Source of the DNA: an uncultured virus (IMG/VR IMGVR_UViG_3300028564_000002)
Taxonomy: Duplodnaviria; Heunggongvirae; Uroviricota; Caudoviricetes
DNA length: 64,000 nucleotides
Reading direction: 5' to 3' (one strand)
IMG/VR virus record: IMGVR_UViG_3300028564_000002
The notes below the pieces were generated by a model, which saw only the letters and a program-made list of their open reading frames with translations, was not told the origin of the DNA and did no database searches. How positions within the stretch are numbered: the stretch's first letter is position 1; every line of letters begins with the position of its first letter. Made by a program: the position numbers and the translations under genes. Of this stretch, positions 12,260 through 24,987 are shown piece after piece.

Positions 12260-12802
12260 ATGATGGATAATAGAATGGTAGTTCTTCAGAACACACAGGC
12301 AGGTACGGTAGAAATTTATTCTCCCGCATATAATGTAAAGAGAATATTCCCAGGTAAGGGTACAAAGCAGGCTCTTCCATTTGATATTGTTGAGCAGCTT
12401 TTATGGGATTAGGGCTTCAGATACATGATTGATACAGGTTTGCTGTATATTGATGATATGCAGGCAAAGATTGACCTTGGTCTTGAAGAGCCCGGCACAG
12501 AAACTCCAACAAGAATTAAAGTCTTTACTCCAGAACAGATTCTTACTCTTTTGAAGATAAAGAAATATGATGATTTCAAAGCTGAAATCGATTCAGTTTC
12601 TATCGAGCAGGCTAATGAAGTAGTTAAGTATGCTGTTGAAAACAATCTTGTTGATAACGATAAAGTTAACTATCTCAAGGAAGTAACTGGCAAAGATGTT
12701 ATTGCTATGATAGCAAGAAAGCGTCTTGAGGCTGATGCTGAAAAGGCATATGACGCCAAGAACAAAGATAAGAAACCAGAAGGTGTATTTACTTCAGTTT
12801 AA
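12260..12802 (+). CDS. Hypothetical virion/head-completion protein
   Basis: ATG 12260 after AGGAGG; joins ORF 12425..12802 via a TAG. Confidence 0.65.
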
Positions 12803-12815
12803 TAAGGTGATGTGA

Positions 12816-13292
12816 ATGGTTACTTTAATGAACGTTTATGAAGCGTTCCTTTCAAAGGTAAATGAAGATGACTGGTCACACTGCTACTCAAAAGAGGATT
12901 TAGAATGGTTTCTCCTTGACTGGAGAGCCTTTCTCAATTCCGCTATACCTTATTTCAAATTCCCAAGATGCCGCCTTGACATCGACGAAGAAAAACAATG
13001 CTTTGTTGATGAAAAAATGGGGCAGGCAGAAATATAGGTGCTTGCATTATTTATGAAGCAGGAGTGGCTTAAAAGAACAGTCGATTCTTGGGAAAATATT
13101 AAAACACAGTACGATGAAGCCGATTTCTCTCAGGCAAACTTGCTTCGTCAATTCATTGAATTGAAAGCACAAGCAACTGCCGACGCTCGTCAAGTAGAGG
13201 CAAATTATTACCGCTCACCTGACCATCGTACTTTTAATTTTAAATCTTTGGCAGGAGGAGGTGTAAGACGTGGACCGAGATTTCGTCGCTAA
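12816..13292 (+). CDS. Putative head-tail adaptor
   Basis: ORFs 12816..13037 and 13038..13292 are contiguous through a TAG; synteny. Confidence 0.6.
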
Positions 13293-13536
13293 GCACAAGG
13301 AAGTCTTGAAGAATCGTCTATATGGACTTCTCTGTGAAAAAGAAAAAGATGGCTCATGGGAAGACTTCCTTGATAATATTTTAATTGATTTGGGAAACTT
13401 CGCTAATGAGGATAGAAGTCTTGAATATTATGTTCTTGTTTCAAAAATCTCAAATTGCAGATACTTGTCCTATAAATACTTCAGAAAGACAATTTTTGAA
13501 TGTATGAACTTAATTGATAGGATTGATGTGATATGA
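13270..13536 (+). CDS. Hypothetical protein (neck region)
   Basis: 88-aa ORF with GGAGGAGG RBS, overlapping both neighbours. Confidence 0.6.
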   Translation: MDRDFVAKHKEVLKNRLYGLLCEKEKDGSWEDFLDNILIDLGNFANEDRSLEYYVLVSKISNCRYLSYKYFRKTIFECMNLIDRIDVI

Positions 13537-14267
13537 GTTATTTTGATGAAGTTTATTTAAAACGAATGAACAAGAACGGTAATACAATGCAGGAACGCAT
13601 CAAGACAGCAAAAGAAAATGAGTTTGATAAAATCTATTTGAAAAGAAGTCCATATCAGTCTTTGATTTATGAAGTTAATGAAACGCCGCAAGAAATTGTG
13701 TGTGTTGTTGCTCCAACACGCTGGAAAGACAAATTGCTTTCTAATCTCCATTGCTCTATGAAAAGTCCCGTTTTTAAAACTGGTGATGTGCTTAAAATAT
13801 TACAGAAAGTTAAAAACGAGGAATTTGACCGCTACTGGATTGTAATATCAGTAAGTGATGATATTACACATGGATACCGCGGCTATGAAGTAATGGTGTT
13901 AGATACCTTCATCAACCAGACTGATGAATATGGCGACACAATTCGCACTATTCCAATAAGATTTGTTAATGAGACTTCTACATTTGTTCAAGATAAATTT
14001 ACTTCCTATGGTGCGGTATCATACAGGGAGCCACTTGCCCATAGAAAGTTTATAGCACAAGATAATGACTTCCTAAAGAAGAATATGTATTTTGATTATA
14101 AAGATAGAGGATGGGAAATAGTAGGTAAGGATAACTTAAGTATCGATGGTGTTGCTTATGTATCTATTGCTGAATATCTTACTAAGCCGCCAGAGCCAAA
14201 GACTACTGCGGATATTGAGATAGGAGAAGATAAGAATTTCTTCTTGAATGCTTTGAATAAGGGGTGA
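13533..14267 (+). CDS. Putative head-closure/neck protein
   Basis: Intact 244-aa ORF; function inferred from synteny. Confidence 0.55.
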   Translation: MSYFDEVYLKRMNKNGNTMQERIKTAKENEFDKIYLKRSPYQSLIYEVNETPQEIVCVVAPTRWKDKLLSNLHCSMKSPVFKTGDVLKILQKVKNEEFDRYWIVISVSDDITHGYRGYEVMVLDTFINQTDEYGDTIRTIPIRFVNETSTFVQDKFTSYGAVSYREPLAHRKFIAQDNDFLKKNMYFDYKDRGWEIVGKDNLSIDGVAYVSIAEYLTKPPEPKTTADIEIGEDKNFFLNALNKG

Positions 14268-14272
14268 GTTAA

Positions 14273-14782
14273 ATGGAACTTTCAAAAGTTAATTATGGTT
14301 AGGAACTTGGTCCAAACCTTGAAAAACTTGCCAAAAAACTTTTAAATAACCAATAGCTTGTAAAGCTTTTGATTAATACAGACAGAGACCCTGTAAATCC
14401 AAATTTACATCCAGACTTGACTGATGAAGAAATTATGGAATGTTTTGGAAAGAACATTAGAGTAGTTCCTCTTGTTACATCTGAGGATGAAACAACAACA
14501 AGTAAGATAGTAATGGTTTTCAGCGGCTCTCATATAACTGATACAAACACTTGCACTGAAGCAATTTAGTTGCTTATCTACGTTTACACTCCTTATAAGG
14601 AATGGTTAATAGCAGGTAATCAACTTCGTCCTTTCGCCATCATGGCAGAAGTGCGTAAGTCTCTTTAGAACAAACGCATTAATGGACTTGGAGAAATTCA
14701 ATATGAAGGCTTTGATATCTCATCTCTCACCAATCAAACAGGAAGTTATTTGATGAGGTTTACAATCAATGCTTTCAGCTAA
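14273..14782 (+). CDS. Putative tail terminator/completion protein
   Basis: Single frame from ATG 14273 through several TAGs to TAA 14780-14782; LRPFAIMAEV..INGLG motif; synteny. Confidence 0.55.
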
Positions 14783-15518
14783 TCAAATGTCAGTTATTAA
14801 AGAACAAGCCTATGGCGGCTACGCATCTGTGCTCCCGGAGATTTGCGAAGTATCGCCAATAACAGTTGGGGAAATGTTAGAAATGGGTAGTGATATATAT
14901 AGCACAAGATTAAATCTACTTCTACTCACAGAAGAAAACATCACAGAAATTCTTGAAAAGAAGAATGTAAAAGTTGATGAAAACACTGACCTTTCGCCGC
15001 TGTCCTATTTGATGAAAAATGCTGCGGTTAGTGATGCGTTTTTTTTAGAGCTTACAGCAGCCTTTTCCACTTTTATAAAGAAGGAAGCAGTATTACTACT
15101 TCCGAAGTTCAAAGCGGTCTTAGTAGGTCCACCTGAAGAACGAAGACTTATCACGGAATAGAATTTCACAGACTTTCAAACTATTCTTAGACTGCAAAAT
15201 CGAAAAGAGGTTCCAAAGCCGCCGCCAGAAAATGAATCGGCTGTTGCGAGAAATATGCGATTAAAAGCTGAGTATCGTGACAGAATCAAACGTAAATAGC
15301 AGTAGAAAAATGGCGAGGTATAGGAATTAGCAGACCTTTTGGAAATTGCAGAAGTTTTTGGAATTGATTACAAGAATAAGTCCATCTATGCTTTTTATGG
15401 ATTAATACAAAGACATTAGCTGAGAGAAAAATGGACTTAGGATATACAAATGCTTTGTGCAGGCGCAGATTCTAAGCAAATTAAAGCAAAATATTGGGGA
15501 AGTAATTCCGAAAATTAA
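14769..15518 (+). CDS. Hypothetical tail-module protein (possible assembly chaperone)
   Basis: ORF 14769..15161 continues through TAGs to TAA 15516-15518. Confidence 0.55.
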
Positions 15519-15541
15519 TAAAAGGGAGGTTGATGACAGAT

Positions 15542-18500
15542 ATGGCAGAAAATCTTTTTGAGAAATATGGTATTAAGGAAGTTGCTGACGTAACTCTTTA
15601 CCGTATTGAGAGAAAGGACGAGACCTATGAGTCACAGAGAAAAATCTCAGTTTCCTCAATTCTCAAAGGCGCACTTGCAAGAGAGATTGTTTACCCTCTT
15701 GATGAAGATGGCAAGGGCGAAGTTGAGGGTTATGAGGCATATGTGTTTAAGAAAGCAGATGTTCTTACTCACTTCAACTATGATTGCGACGATGTGTTCG
15801 ATGTAAAGGGTTCAGCTCTCTTTGTTGATGATGGTGAAAATCCTATTACAACAACAAAGTACACAGAAGGAGACGATATTACAGACCCTGTCCGTGCAGC
15901 TATTGTAGCTTATCTTACAACAGGCGAAAACTCAAGCGACCCATACCACCCACATCTCTTCTTTGATAGCAATGTTGCTATTCTTTCACTTAGTGAATCA
16001 TCAAGTGGCAGAAATCTTATTGATAAGACAGGCTATCTTTTCAGCCACGGCTATGGCGTTAATACAATTGTTATTGGCGATGGTTCAACAAGCGGCGTTA
16101 TTAGCGCAGGTCAGCATACAGAGAATAAGTTCAGCGGCAGAATTGTACTTGAGGTAACTGATACTGCAGAGCATGAATATATTGTTACTATTGAATATAC
16201 CAATGCTACAATTGATAATGCTACATTGGCTATCATTAATGCAGCTAAGGGCGGCAGCATTACAACTACTCAGGCTACATCACTTATCACAGAAGCTAAA
16301 GGCAATGCTGATGCAGAGGTTGAGACTGATGAAACTACTAACCCACCTTCAGGCGATGAAATGGGCACTATTAATTATGTTAACGTAATGGTAAATGATG
16401 AAACAAGAAGTCCTAACCAGTTCCTTATCACATTCACAGCTAAGTTCGTTGCTCATGCAGAACTTGAAACAGGTATTTATGACCTTGGTTCAGGTGCAGA
16501 AGGCGGTCACTTTGCTATGGACGCAGATGGTGAACTTCACGGCACACATGAGTTCTCATATGCAGAACAGATTTGTATGCTTTTCGCTAAGAATCAGAAC
16601 CTTATCACAAAGGCTGGTACACGTTATCAGTTCGCAAATCCAGACGGTATGTTCCCAGGTTTCGAGTTTGACGATAATTTCGCAACAGCTCCTAACGGCA
16701 AGGAAAGAGTAGTTGTTGTTGGTCTTAGCGGCAGAATTTCTGAGAATCTTTACGATATCGAAGAAGTAGATGCAGCTATTAAGGAATTAACAGCAACAGT
16801 TGAGGCTAAGGCTTATGACGTTGTTTACTCTGACTATGCAGAACTTCTTGTTGAGGATGAGATGGGTTACTACCTTCCACAGCAGCTTGGTGGCGCATAC
16901 AATAAGAGAACAGGCGCAGTTGTATTCTTCGACCAGACTACAACTTATGAAGACTTCGCCGCAGCAAGAAAGGGTATCGACCTTGGTATTCTCGGTGCAG
17001 TAAATACATGGGGCGACGATACACACTACAGCATCAACGATGCAATCGATGCTCTTAAGCAGGAGAAACAGCTTATCGATAGTTCAGCAGACTCTGTAGA
17101 GACTGGATTCACTCGTGTATTCGGTGGTTACAAGGTAACAGGTGGAGTATCAGAATCTGAACTTCCTCTTGATGATGTTGGACGCGGCGTTCAGTATGAA
17201 GACTACACACTTAATGGTGTTGCTCTTAACGATGTTGTTGGTAACAAGCTTTCATCACTTTATAATCTTGACAGTGTTCTTCAGGCTCTTTCAATAGCAG
17301 ACCTTAATGGACAGGTTGATCAAATTAGAATTAGCTCAACTACTCAGATGAAATCAAATAGAGCAATCTATGTAAATCCTAATAACAATTTAATCACAAA
17401 CAGAGCAAACATTTACTTACTCAGAAACGTTAACGTTCGTGCTCTTAGCGGCGATAAGGAAGGCGTATTTGAGTTCAATGATAAGAAGGGCAACAGACTT
17501 TACTACCAGGATAAGGTATTTGCAGGAACTCCTTACCTTACACTTATTACAATCGATGCTTACGGTCTTGTATTCGTAGCAAATAGACATTGCAACAAGA
17601 ATGTTGAAAAGGTTGCTTGGATGATTAACGACAATGGTTACATCACTGACAAGCAGGCAGAGAGAATCGTTAAGAACGGTCTTATCCACACAGTGGACAT
17701 TACAGTTTGCGACGAGTCATTCGATGCAACTTGCACAGTTGGTTCAATCAAGGTTCGTAAGACAAAGAAGAACGTTCTTCGTTATGTTCCAGTTCTTTTC
17801 CTTGATACACTTAAGGTTTCAACAATTGAGCAGGCTTCTGAAAAGTCTGACGCTACTGGTGGTCACGGCAACAGCAAGCTTATCACTTGGGACTATGGTA
17901 AGGAAATTACACTTTCAATCGAAGATGCTCTTTACACACCAGCTTCAATGGCAACAATTTGGGGCGGCGAAACTGGTAAGAGCGGCGTAAAGGAAGCTAA
18001 CGTAATTGACCGTTTCGAGAAGATTACTGCAAAGCGTAACTTTATCGTTCCTGCTGGTAATAGCGAGGGTGCTCCTTCTGAGGGTAACATTACAGCTCAG
18101 GCTGTATACTATGACCCTAAGACAATGGAACCATTCCAGGATGGTACTCCAATTGCAGAGGGCGAAGTTATTTACAAGTTAACACGTTCTGTTGCTTATG
18201 ATAACAACAGTCTTGGTAAGGTAATCGAAATCAGCGCAGATAAGTTCCCAGGAACTTACAGAGTCGTTGGTGAGACACTTGTAAGAGACAAGGCAACTGG
18301 TGAAGACCAGAGATTCCAGTTCATCATCCCAGAGGCTAAGATGTCTTCAGCAGATACATCTATCACTCTTGAGGCAGATGGCGACCCAGTCGTATTCAGC
18401 TTCACAATGGATGTTCTTAGACCTGAAAACGGTGTAATGATGAAGTTCGTTCAGTTCGATGTTGTTGAAAATACTGAGGAGAACGATGGTTCTACTATGG

Positions 18501-18601
18501 TAAAGGATACAGAAAATCTTAACCTTCTTGACAGCGCTGAAATGTATAAAGTAAGCGGCGAAGAGGATGAAGAGTTCGTAATCGGCGCAACAGAGTATTG
18601 A
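15542..18601 (+). CDS. Tail-tube-like protein, paralog 1 (1019 aa; probable major tail protein with a roughly 720-aa N-proximal insertion)
   Basis: Core motifs YGIKEVADV, YVPVLFLDTLKVST, ATGGHGNSKLITWDYGK, IEDALYTPAS, FPGTYRVVGET, LEADGDPVVF; no TAG codons; followed by a terminator. Confidence 0.7.
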   Translation: MAENLFEKYGIKEVADVTLYRIERKDETYESQRKISVSSILKGALAREIVYPLDEDGKGEVEGYEAYVFKKADVLTHFNYDCDDVFDVKGSALFVDDGENPITTTKYTEGDDITDPVRAAIVAYLTTGENSSDPYHPHLFFDSNVAILSLSESSSGRNLIDKTGYLFSHGYGVNTIVIGDGSTSGVISAGQHTENKFSGRIVLEVTDTAEHEYIVTIEYTNATIDNATLAIINAAKGGSITTTQATSLITEAKGNADAEVETDETTNPPSGDEMGTINYVNVMVNDETRSPNQFLITFTAKFVAHAELETGIYDLGSGAEGGHFAMDADGELHGTHEFSYAEQICMLFAKNQNLITKAGTRYQFANPDGMFPGFEFDDNFATAPNGKERVVVVGLSGRISENLYDIEEVDAAIKELTATVEAKAYDVVYSDYAELLVEDEMGYYLPQQLGGAYNKRTGAVVFFDQTTTYEDFAAARKGIDLGILGAVNTWGDDTHYSINDAIDALKQEKQLIDSSADSVETGFTRVFGGYKVTGGVSESELPLDDVGRGVQYEDYTLNGVALNDVVGNKLSSLYNLDSVLQALSIADLNGQVDQIRISSTTQMKSNRAIYVNPNNNLITNRANIYLLRNVNVRALSGDKEGVFEFNDKKGNRLYYQDKVFAGTPYLTLITIDAYGLVFVANRHCNKNVEKVAWMINDNGYITDKQAERIVKNGLIHTVDITVCDESFDATCTVGSIKVRKTKKNVLRYVPVLFLDTLKVSTIEQASEKSDATGGHGNSKLITWDYGKEITLSIEDALYTPASMATIWGGETGKSGVKEANVIDRFEKITAKRNFIVPAGNSEGAPSEGNITAQAVYYDPKTMEPFQDGTPIAEGEVIYKLTRSVAYDNNSLGKVIEISADKFPGTYRVVGETLVRDKATGEDQRFQFIIPEAKMSSADTSITLEADGDPVVFSFTMDVLRPENGVMMKFVQFDVVENTEENDGSTMVKDTENLNLLDSAEMYKVSGEEDEEFVIGATEY

Positions 18602-18609
18602 TGCAATCG

Positions 18610-18641
18610 GTGCGCCAATCAGTGATGGTTGGCGCACTTTT
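18610..18641 (+). terminator. Intrinsic terminator after tube paralog 1
   Basis: Stem GTGCGCCAATC...GGTTGGCGCAC followed by TTTT. Confidence 0.7.
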
Positions 18642-18668
18642 ACTATAAGATTGTGAGGTGAATAGATA

Positions 18669-20687
18669 GTGAATATTTTTGACCAGTATGGTATCAAAGA
18701 AGTAGCAGATGTAACTATTTACAGTATTCACAAAAAGGAAGATGGTTCTGGCGACGTTTACTACGTTCCTGCCCTTTACCTTGATACTTTAAAGGTTTCA
18801 ACTGTTGAAAAAACTGCCGAGAACACTTGGGCACAGGGTGGTATTGGCAACTCAAGACTTGTATCTTGGGATTACGGAAAAACAATTAATTTAACACTTG
18901 AAGACGCACTTTGCACACCTGCAAGTCTCGGTCTTTGCTGGGGCGGCATTTTGGGTGCAGGTTGGAAGAATGGTCAGGTTCAGCACAAGACTGGCTTCCA
19001 GTCATTGGAATGTGGTATGGAGAGAATTTCTCGTTTTGAGAAGGCTTTCTATCCAAGAAACGACACAGTCAATGCTGTTGTAAGCAACCTCCTTCCAAGA
19101 GACTATTCAGAGGATATTCTCGTTGACCAGAGCGGCGACCCAGTATTCCTTCAGCGTTCATCAATTCTTGATGGTGTTAATATCAAGGGCTTCGGCTATG
19201 TAGCTTCTAAGCCTTATAAGTGGAAGTTGGAAATTGAGACAGAGGTAAAATCAATCGCTGTCGTTCCAGATAGATTCTTCTCTATCTATGGTAAGTCATA
19301 CCCAATTAAGAGAATGCAGACTGTTGGTATTAATCAGCCTTCTGAACTCTTTAAGTATGAGATTATCTATGAGAGAGGTTATGACCAGTATGACCAGGAG
19401 CCACCTGTTGCAAAGATTATCTACCATGCTCAGGCAGAAGGTAAGCCAGTAACAGATGTATGTGCAGCAACAACAGACGATGCACTTGCTCTTAAAATGC
19501 TTGATGATTACATCAACTATCCATATCTCAAACTTCGTGTTTGTCTTGATGGTTCAGTAAGAGCATATCTTGGTACAACTAATGTTGACTGGGATTTAAC
19601 AAGATAGATTGAGGAAGACCACGGCTCACAGGATGATGCTTGGATTGAAATTCCTCAGATTAATACAGACCAGTTCAGAAATATCGACCTTTGGATAAGA
19701 TTCGATAGCATCAATGCTCTTTCTTACTACTTAATCACTAAGTATCAGGATAATATTTTTGATATTTCTCCTAAGAGTGTTAAGGGTGGTCTTGAAGCAG
19801 CTCGTCCTACATCTTCAAATAAACTTAACGTAAGAGTAGTTGCAGGCGAAGATGATGTAGAGCAGTTCGAGACAGATATCACGGCAATTAAGATTAACGA
19901 GAATTTCACTATTAACAAATGGTGGACAGCATCAGACTTCAAGGCTTTCTCAAGCAATGCAGACTTTGGCACATTACTTGACCGTCTTGCAGTAGATGCA
20001 ATTCCTGCTGACTTAAAGGCCCATGATACTGACCCTGATATCGTAGATACAGACCCAGCATCATTCATTTACAGAATTGATGGTCAGGGCAATGTATTCA
20101 TGCAGACAAGCTATAAAACTGGTTATAGCAGCACTTGTGGTAATGTCAATAACGTTGTAGGCTTAGATTACACACTTGAAGATTCAGAAGCAATTTCTGA
20201 CCCAGCTTGCACACCATGCTGCAAGAAGGATAACCTCAGCCGTTCAATTTGGGCTTATGTAAATCCTAAGACAATGACTCCTTATGATGATGACTATTGG
20301 TTCCATCAGGGTGAACCTTACTACAAGGCTTCACTTACATTGAGCACTAAGCAGAATCCTCTTGATGCTCAGAGAATCGTTGTTGAACAGGGCGTATTCC
20401 CAGGTATGTATAAGATTGTATGCGAAACATACATTCGTTCACGTGATACAGGTGAGGATGAAAGAGTTTAGATTAGTCTTCCACTTTGCAAGATTAAGTC
20501 TGACCAGACATTAACACTTCAGTCTGACGGCGACCCAACAACATTCAACCTTGATGTTGAAGTTGCTACACCACAGAATGGTATTCCTATGGAAATCACA
20601 TTCTACGGCGTAGAAAAGGAAATGAAGTAGGGATGCGCAGGAACTATGATTGAAAGAGACGGTTCTACAAAGATTTCTACAAAGTAA
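18669..20687 (+). CDS. Tail-tube-like protein, paralog 2 (672 aa)
   Basis: NIFDQYGIKEVADV..LDTLKVST..WDYGK..LEDAL..FPGMYKIVCET..LQSDGDPTTF; one frame through TAGs to TAA 20685-20687. Confidence 0.7.
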
Positions 20688-20704
20688 TAAAGGAGGGATA
20701 ATAG

Positions 20705-22705
20705 ATGAACATATTTGAGCAATACGGTATAAAGGAAGTCGCAGATGTGTGTCTTTATGCCATTGAGCTTGATGAAAATGATGATGAAATCTATGTCCCA
20801 GTTCTCTACATGGACACCTTAAAGGTGTCCACCGTAGAGGAATCTACATAGACCACATCTGCACAGGGAGGAATTGGAAACCCCAAATTAATCACTTGGG
20901 ATTATGGTAAAGATATCACAGTAACTCTCGAAGATGCACTGTTTACGCCGGCTTCAAGTAGTATGAATTGGGCAGGAAAACTTTGTGCAAAAGGATTACA
21001 ATTACAACTTCGTTATTTCTTCGATAGAAATACTGACAATAACGTTCCAGATACGTGTCTAAGAACAGGAATCCTAACAGCAGAAAAATTTTCTGACTTC
21101 CTCATTATACCAGACAGATGGCCTGTGTATGAGGGCATTTAGTGTAAATGTAGTAAAAAGGATGAAGGATATGTAGGTGGAACGTCTATTTATTGCTGGA
21201 TGATTTCTGGACATATCAGTTCTAATGACGGTAAGAAAAGAGTTAATTTTGAAGACTTAATTCTATTCTATCGTGAAGCAACTTAGAGGTGGTATTTCTT
21301 CAATGGTCAAGGTCCAACAAACGACCCTGAGACTTGGTGGAAAACTCCATATAAACATGAGCCAACACCGGAAATAAGAGTAGTTTCTTATGACAAAGAA
21401 TACTTCCCTATTTATTATCAATACGGCAAAGAAGTGTTTGAATGGATACGCGAACATATCGCCAAGAACACGGCGGCAGTAGACTATGGAGAATATGAAC
21501 CAATTGCAAGAGCAACAATTGCTTATTGGCTTGGTGATGATATATCAATTCCAGAAGATGATGGCATCTTCTTTTTAACATAGAACTTATACATTGATGG
21601 ATATAGAAAAATGTGTGCGAAAGACAAGAGATACAGCGAAATTACAGACGCAGAAGTTCAAAGAATATATATCAACAAATATATGCCTTATCGCTATTTC
21701 GCAAATGTCGGTGTAGAATATAACACAAATGTTTCGCCGCCATAGGATGCTATATATTCCATTGATACAGCATTGGAAGATGTTTACCTCCACGAACGAA
21801 TAGAAAAGCATATTGCCAACAGAACCTTCTGCATAGATGCTGATGAAAATATGAAACATTCTCAGTACAGATACTTGGAAAAATACTCAGAAACTCCCCT
21901 CACAGTATTCATCGACCCAAGAACTATGGAACCATTCTTACCAAATGCTTCACAATTTCATCGTCAAAATGGACAGAAAATTACTGGTAATTTAACAATC
22001 ATTCAAAAGGGTAAACCTTATTTAAAGTGGATAAGAGAAAAGGCAAAAGAGAACACTTCTCTTGGAAAACAACTCATTATCGACCCAGTTCACTATCCAG
22101 GTTGTTATCGCCTCGTAGGAGAAACAACTATACGTGATAGACTTGGAATAGACCAGCCTTATCAGTTTGAAATTCCACTTTGTAAACTCAGTGCTACAAA
22201 CAAACTTCTTCTTCAAGCTGACGGTGAGCCAACAACATTCACAATGAAGCTTACGGCTCTTCGCCGCAATGACGGTGTAATGATGAAACTTACATCATAT
22301 AACCTCATCACAAATCCATGTCCATGTGGAGCAGAAGAATCCACTATTGAGCCATTTACAAGTGTCGAAGGTGAAGCTATGGTTAAACCTTACACTGGCG
22401 GCATAGACCCACATCTTGAAATCACTATGGATGCTCACACACCAAGAGACTTCGCAGACGTTATGCTTAATGGTGAAGTAGTTGATGGAGAAAATCAATC
22501 AGATAACATTGGTTTCTTCAAAACAAGACAATGGACAGAAAACCCACAAGACGAAGGAGTACAAATGTCAGAAGTTGTAGCAAAAATTAGTGGTTACATC
22601 GACCTTTATTCAATAGATGGTACTCTATATGATGGACAAATCTATAATGATACGATTGCTCCAAAGGACTATACAGCTACTATAACAGGAAGTGAGAGCA
22701 GATGA
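20705..22705 (+). CDS. Tail-tube-like protein, paralog 3 (666 aa)
   Basis: MNIFEQYGIKEVADV..MDTLKVST..WDYGK..LEDALFTPAS..YPGCYRLVGET..LQADGEPTTF; the N-terminal half is missed by the ORF track because of TAGs. Confidence 0.7.
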
Positions 22706-24885
22706 ATATATTTAAACAATACGGAATAAGAGAAGTGGCTGATGTAGTATTTTACTCCATTACCAGAATTGGGGACGAAGAGTTCTATGTTCCAGTTCTG
22801 TTTTTCGATACATTGAAAGTTGCTAACATTGATAAGTCTGTGACCGCCGTAACAGCGAGCGGCGGCACAGGCAATAGTAAAGTTTTATCTTGGAGTTTTG
22901 ACAAGAACATAAAACTTAAACTGGAAGATGCTCTATTCTCTCAAATGTCCTTAAACACTTTTCTTAATGGTAGGGTCATGGCTAAAATGTCAGATTGGAC
23001 CTCGGCAATAGCAAAGCTTAACGTAGCAAACAAATATGGACAAAAGCATTATTCCACTAAGGCTTATCCATCTCCTGAAATAAATGATGATGAATGGGAG
23101 ATTATATATAGATGTGCTTAGAAAGCGGGCTTTGACCCTCGAAATGGATACAGTGGTGACAATGGAGAAAACCCACTTGAAGATGAAAAGAATCATGCTT
23201 GTAAATACATTTACGATTCAGAGGATGAAAGTGAAGACATTGACAGGCTTGTTGCTGAAAACAGATGGTTGTTAAAAGACAACTACTATCGCAGAACTCA
23301 GAAAACCCCTCATCCAAGAGATATATCTTAGTTCCTTGATTATAACGCAAGAGACTATGAGGGCATTAATTTAGTTATTAAAGAAGTGAGCAAGCAAGCC
23401 GAACTGCGCGAAGCGTAGACTGTCCATGATTTAGCGGTTGGAGAGTGCTGGGGCGGCATGAGACACGTATCCATGACTTATCGAGAGAAAGACAGTGAGT
23501 ATGATTTGTTAAGAAGAGAAAGTGCTGAGACTGGTACTGCATCAAAAGATATAGCAACTACTCTTTGTTTTCAAGTTGAGAAGACAGTAAGCGGCTACAA
23601 ATGTAACTGGGCTTATCTTACAATTGACAACCAGACTGTGCTTGATGGTTAGCCAATAGTATCTACTATGGAAGTCTTTAAGCAAGTATTCACTGGCTAT
23701 AATAAAGATTTGGAAGGACTGGGCGGCAATGTTAATCCTACATTCCATATTGGTAATGAGTTCCTTCTCAATCATATCTTGTTTTATGTATTCCCTAATT
23801 TCTTGGAAGACGCAATTGGCGATTTATGTTGGTGCGATTTAAATGATAAAATTTATCCTGCTATGCCGCAATAGGTTATTGATTATATTGCTGAGGAAAT
23901 AGATAGTTTCAGTAAAGCAGGAAGATTTGAAAATGATTTATATGAAGCACAATATATTGACCGCTTTGAGAAATGCGTTGTAAAGGATAAGAAGGGATTG
24001 AAGATAGATTTGGTAGAACAAATGTTAAATGTTAAGAAGTTGTATAATAACGAACAGTCAACCTTTACTGTTTTCTATGATTAGAAGACAATGCTTCCAT
24101 TTATGGGTTCAAAGATAATTGATGAAAAAGTATTAGCTCAGAAGTGCGTGAGAATATTTAAAGAGGGACCGATACTTCAAGAGGAATATCTTGCCGCCAT
24201 AAAGAGTTATATGAGAAATCAATATCCTGATGAATGGGTTGACAGTTTAACATATGATGACTATGTTATCAATAAGGTCACTAACCAATATGGTGAAGAG
24301 TTGATTATTGATAAGTTATTCAGAACGGTTAAGGATGGTAATAATATCATGACTGGTTCTGGCGATGATTATGGACCAGAGATGACTGAAAGCAACGACT
24401 ACTATCTTGTTTATTTCAGTATTCTTAAACGAGATTATTACTATTTGAAATATGGTACTGTATATCTTAAGCGTTGCCGCGTTATCGATGAGGATGTAAA
24501 TGATATTACATTCTTGGGAACAAACCTTTCTATTGATACGGATACCTTCCCAGGCGAGTTCTTAATCGTAGGCGAAACCTATGTAAGAGAACAGCAAACA
24601 GGTAAAGACCGTAGATTACAGTTCGTTATTAATCGTGCCGCCATATCAGCGTCTACAAAGATTTAGTTGTAGGCAGGCGGCAATCCAACCACATTCTCTA
24701 TCGATGTTGATGTTTTAAGACCTAAAACCAAGAAGAAGTCAATGATTGAACTTATTCAATATGATGTTGAGGAAGATAAGGTAGGGGGCGGCACAAAAGT
24801 CGTTCCACAAGACAAACATCATTCATATACACCTACAATCCAAACAGAAGAATAGATTATTGGAAAGAACATTGAAATATATTAA
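22702..24885 (+). CDS. Tail-tube-like protein, paralog 4 (727 aa)
   Basis: MNIFKQYGIREVADV..FDTLKVAN..LEDALFS..FPGEFLIVGET..LQAGGNPTTF; four ORF fragments in one frame ending at TAA 24883-24885. Confidence 0.7.
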
Positions 24886-24889
24886 TGTC

Positions 24890-24925
24890 AAGGAGCAGAC
24901 TCAATGGTCTGCTCTTTTCTGTTTT
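24890..24925 (+). terminator. Intrinsic terminator after tube paralog 4
   Basis: GAGCAGAC-TCAATG-GTCTGCTC followed by TTTTCTGTTTT. Confidence 0.75.
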
Positions 24926-24987
24926 ATAGAGACTACTTCTACGAAAATTACTTTATATAAGAAGATTATTAGAGGAGGTGTGAAAAC

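Noticed and set aside
15542..18601. Tail sheath (contractile tail)
   Set aside because: The size fits, but the core is paralogous to the downstream tube-like genes, and no sheath or baseplate-wedge motifs were recognised.
20705..24885. Local G versus C skew shifts suggesting separate horizontal origins of the tube paralogs
   Set aside because: An impression by eye only; it cannot be supported without computing skew and codon usage.
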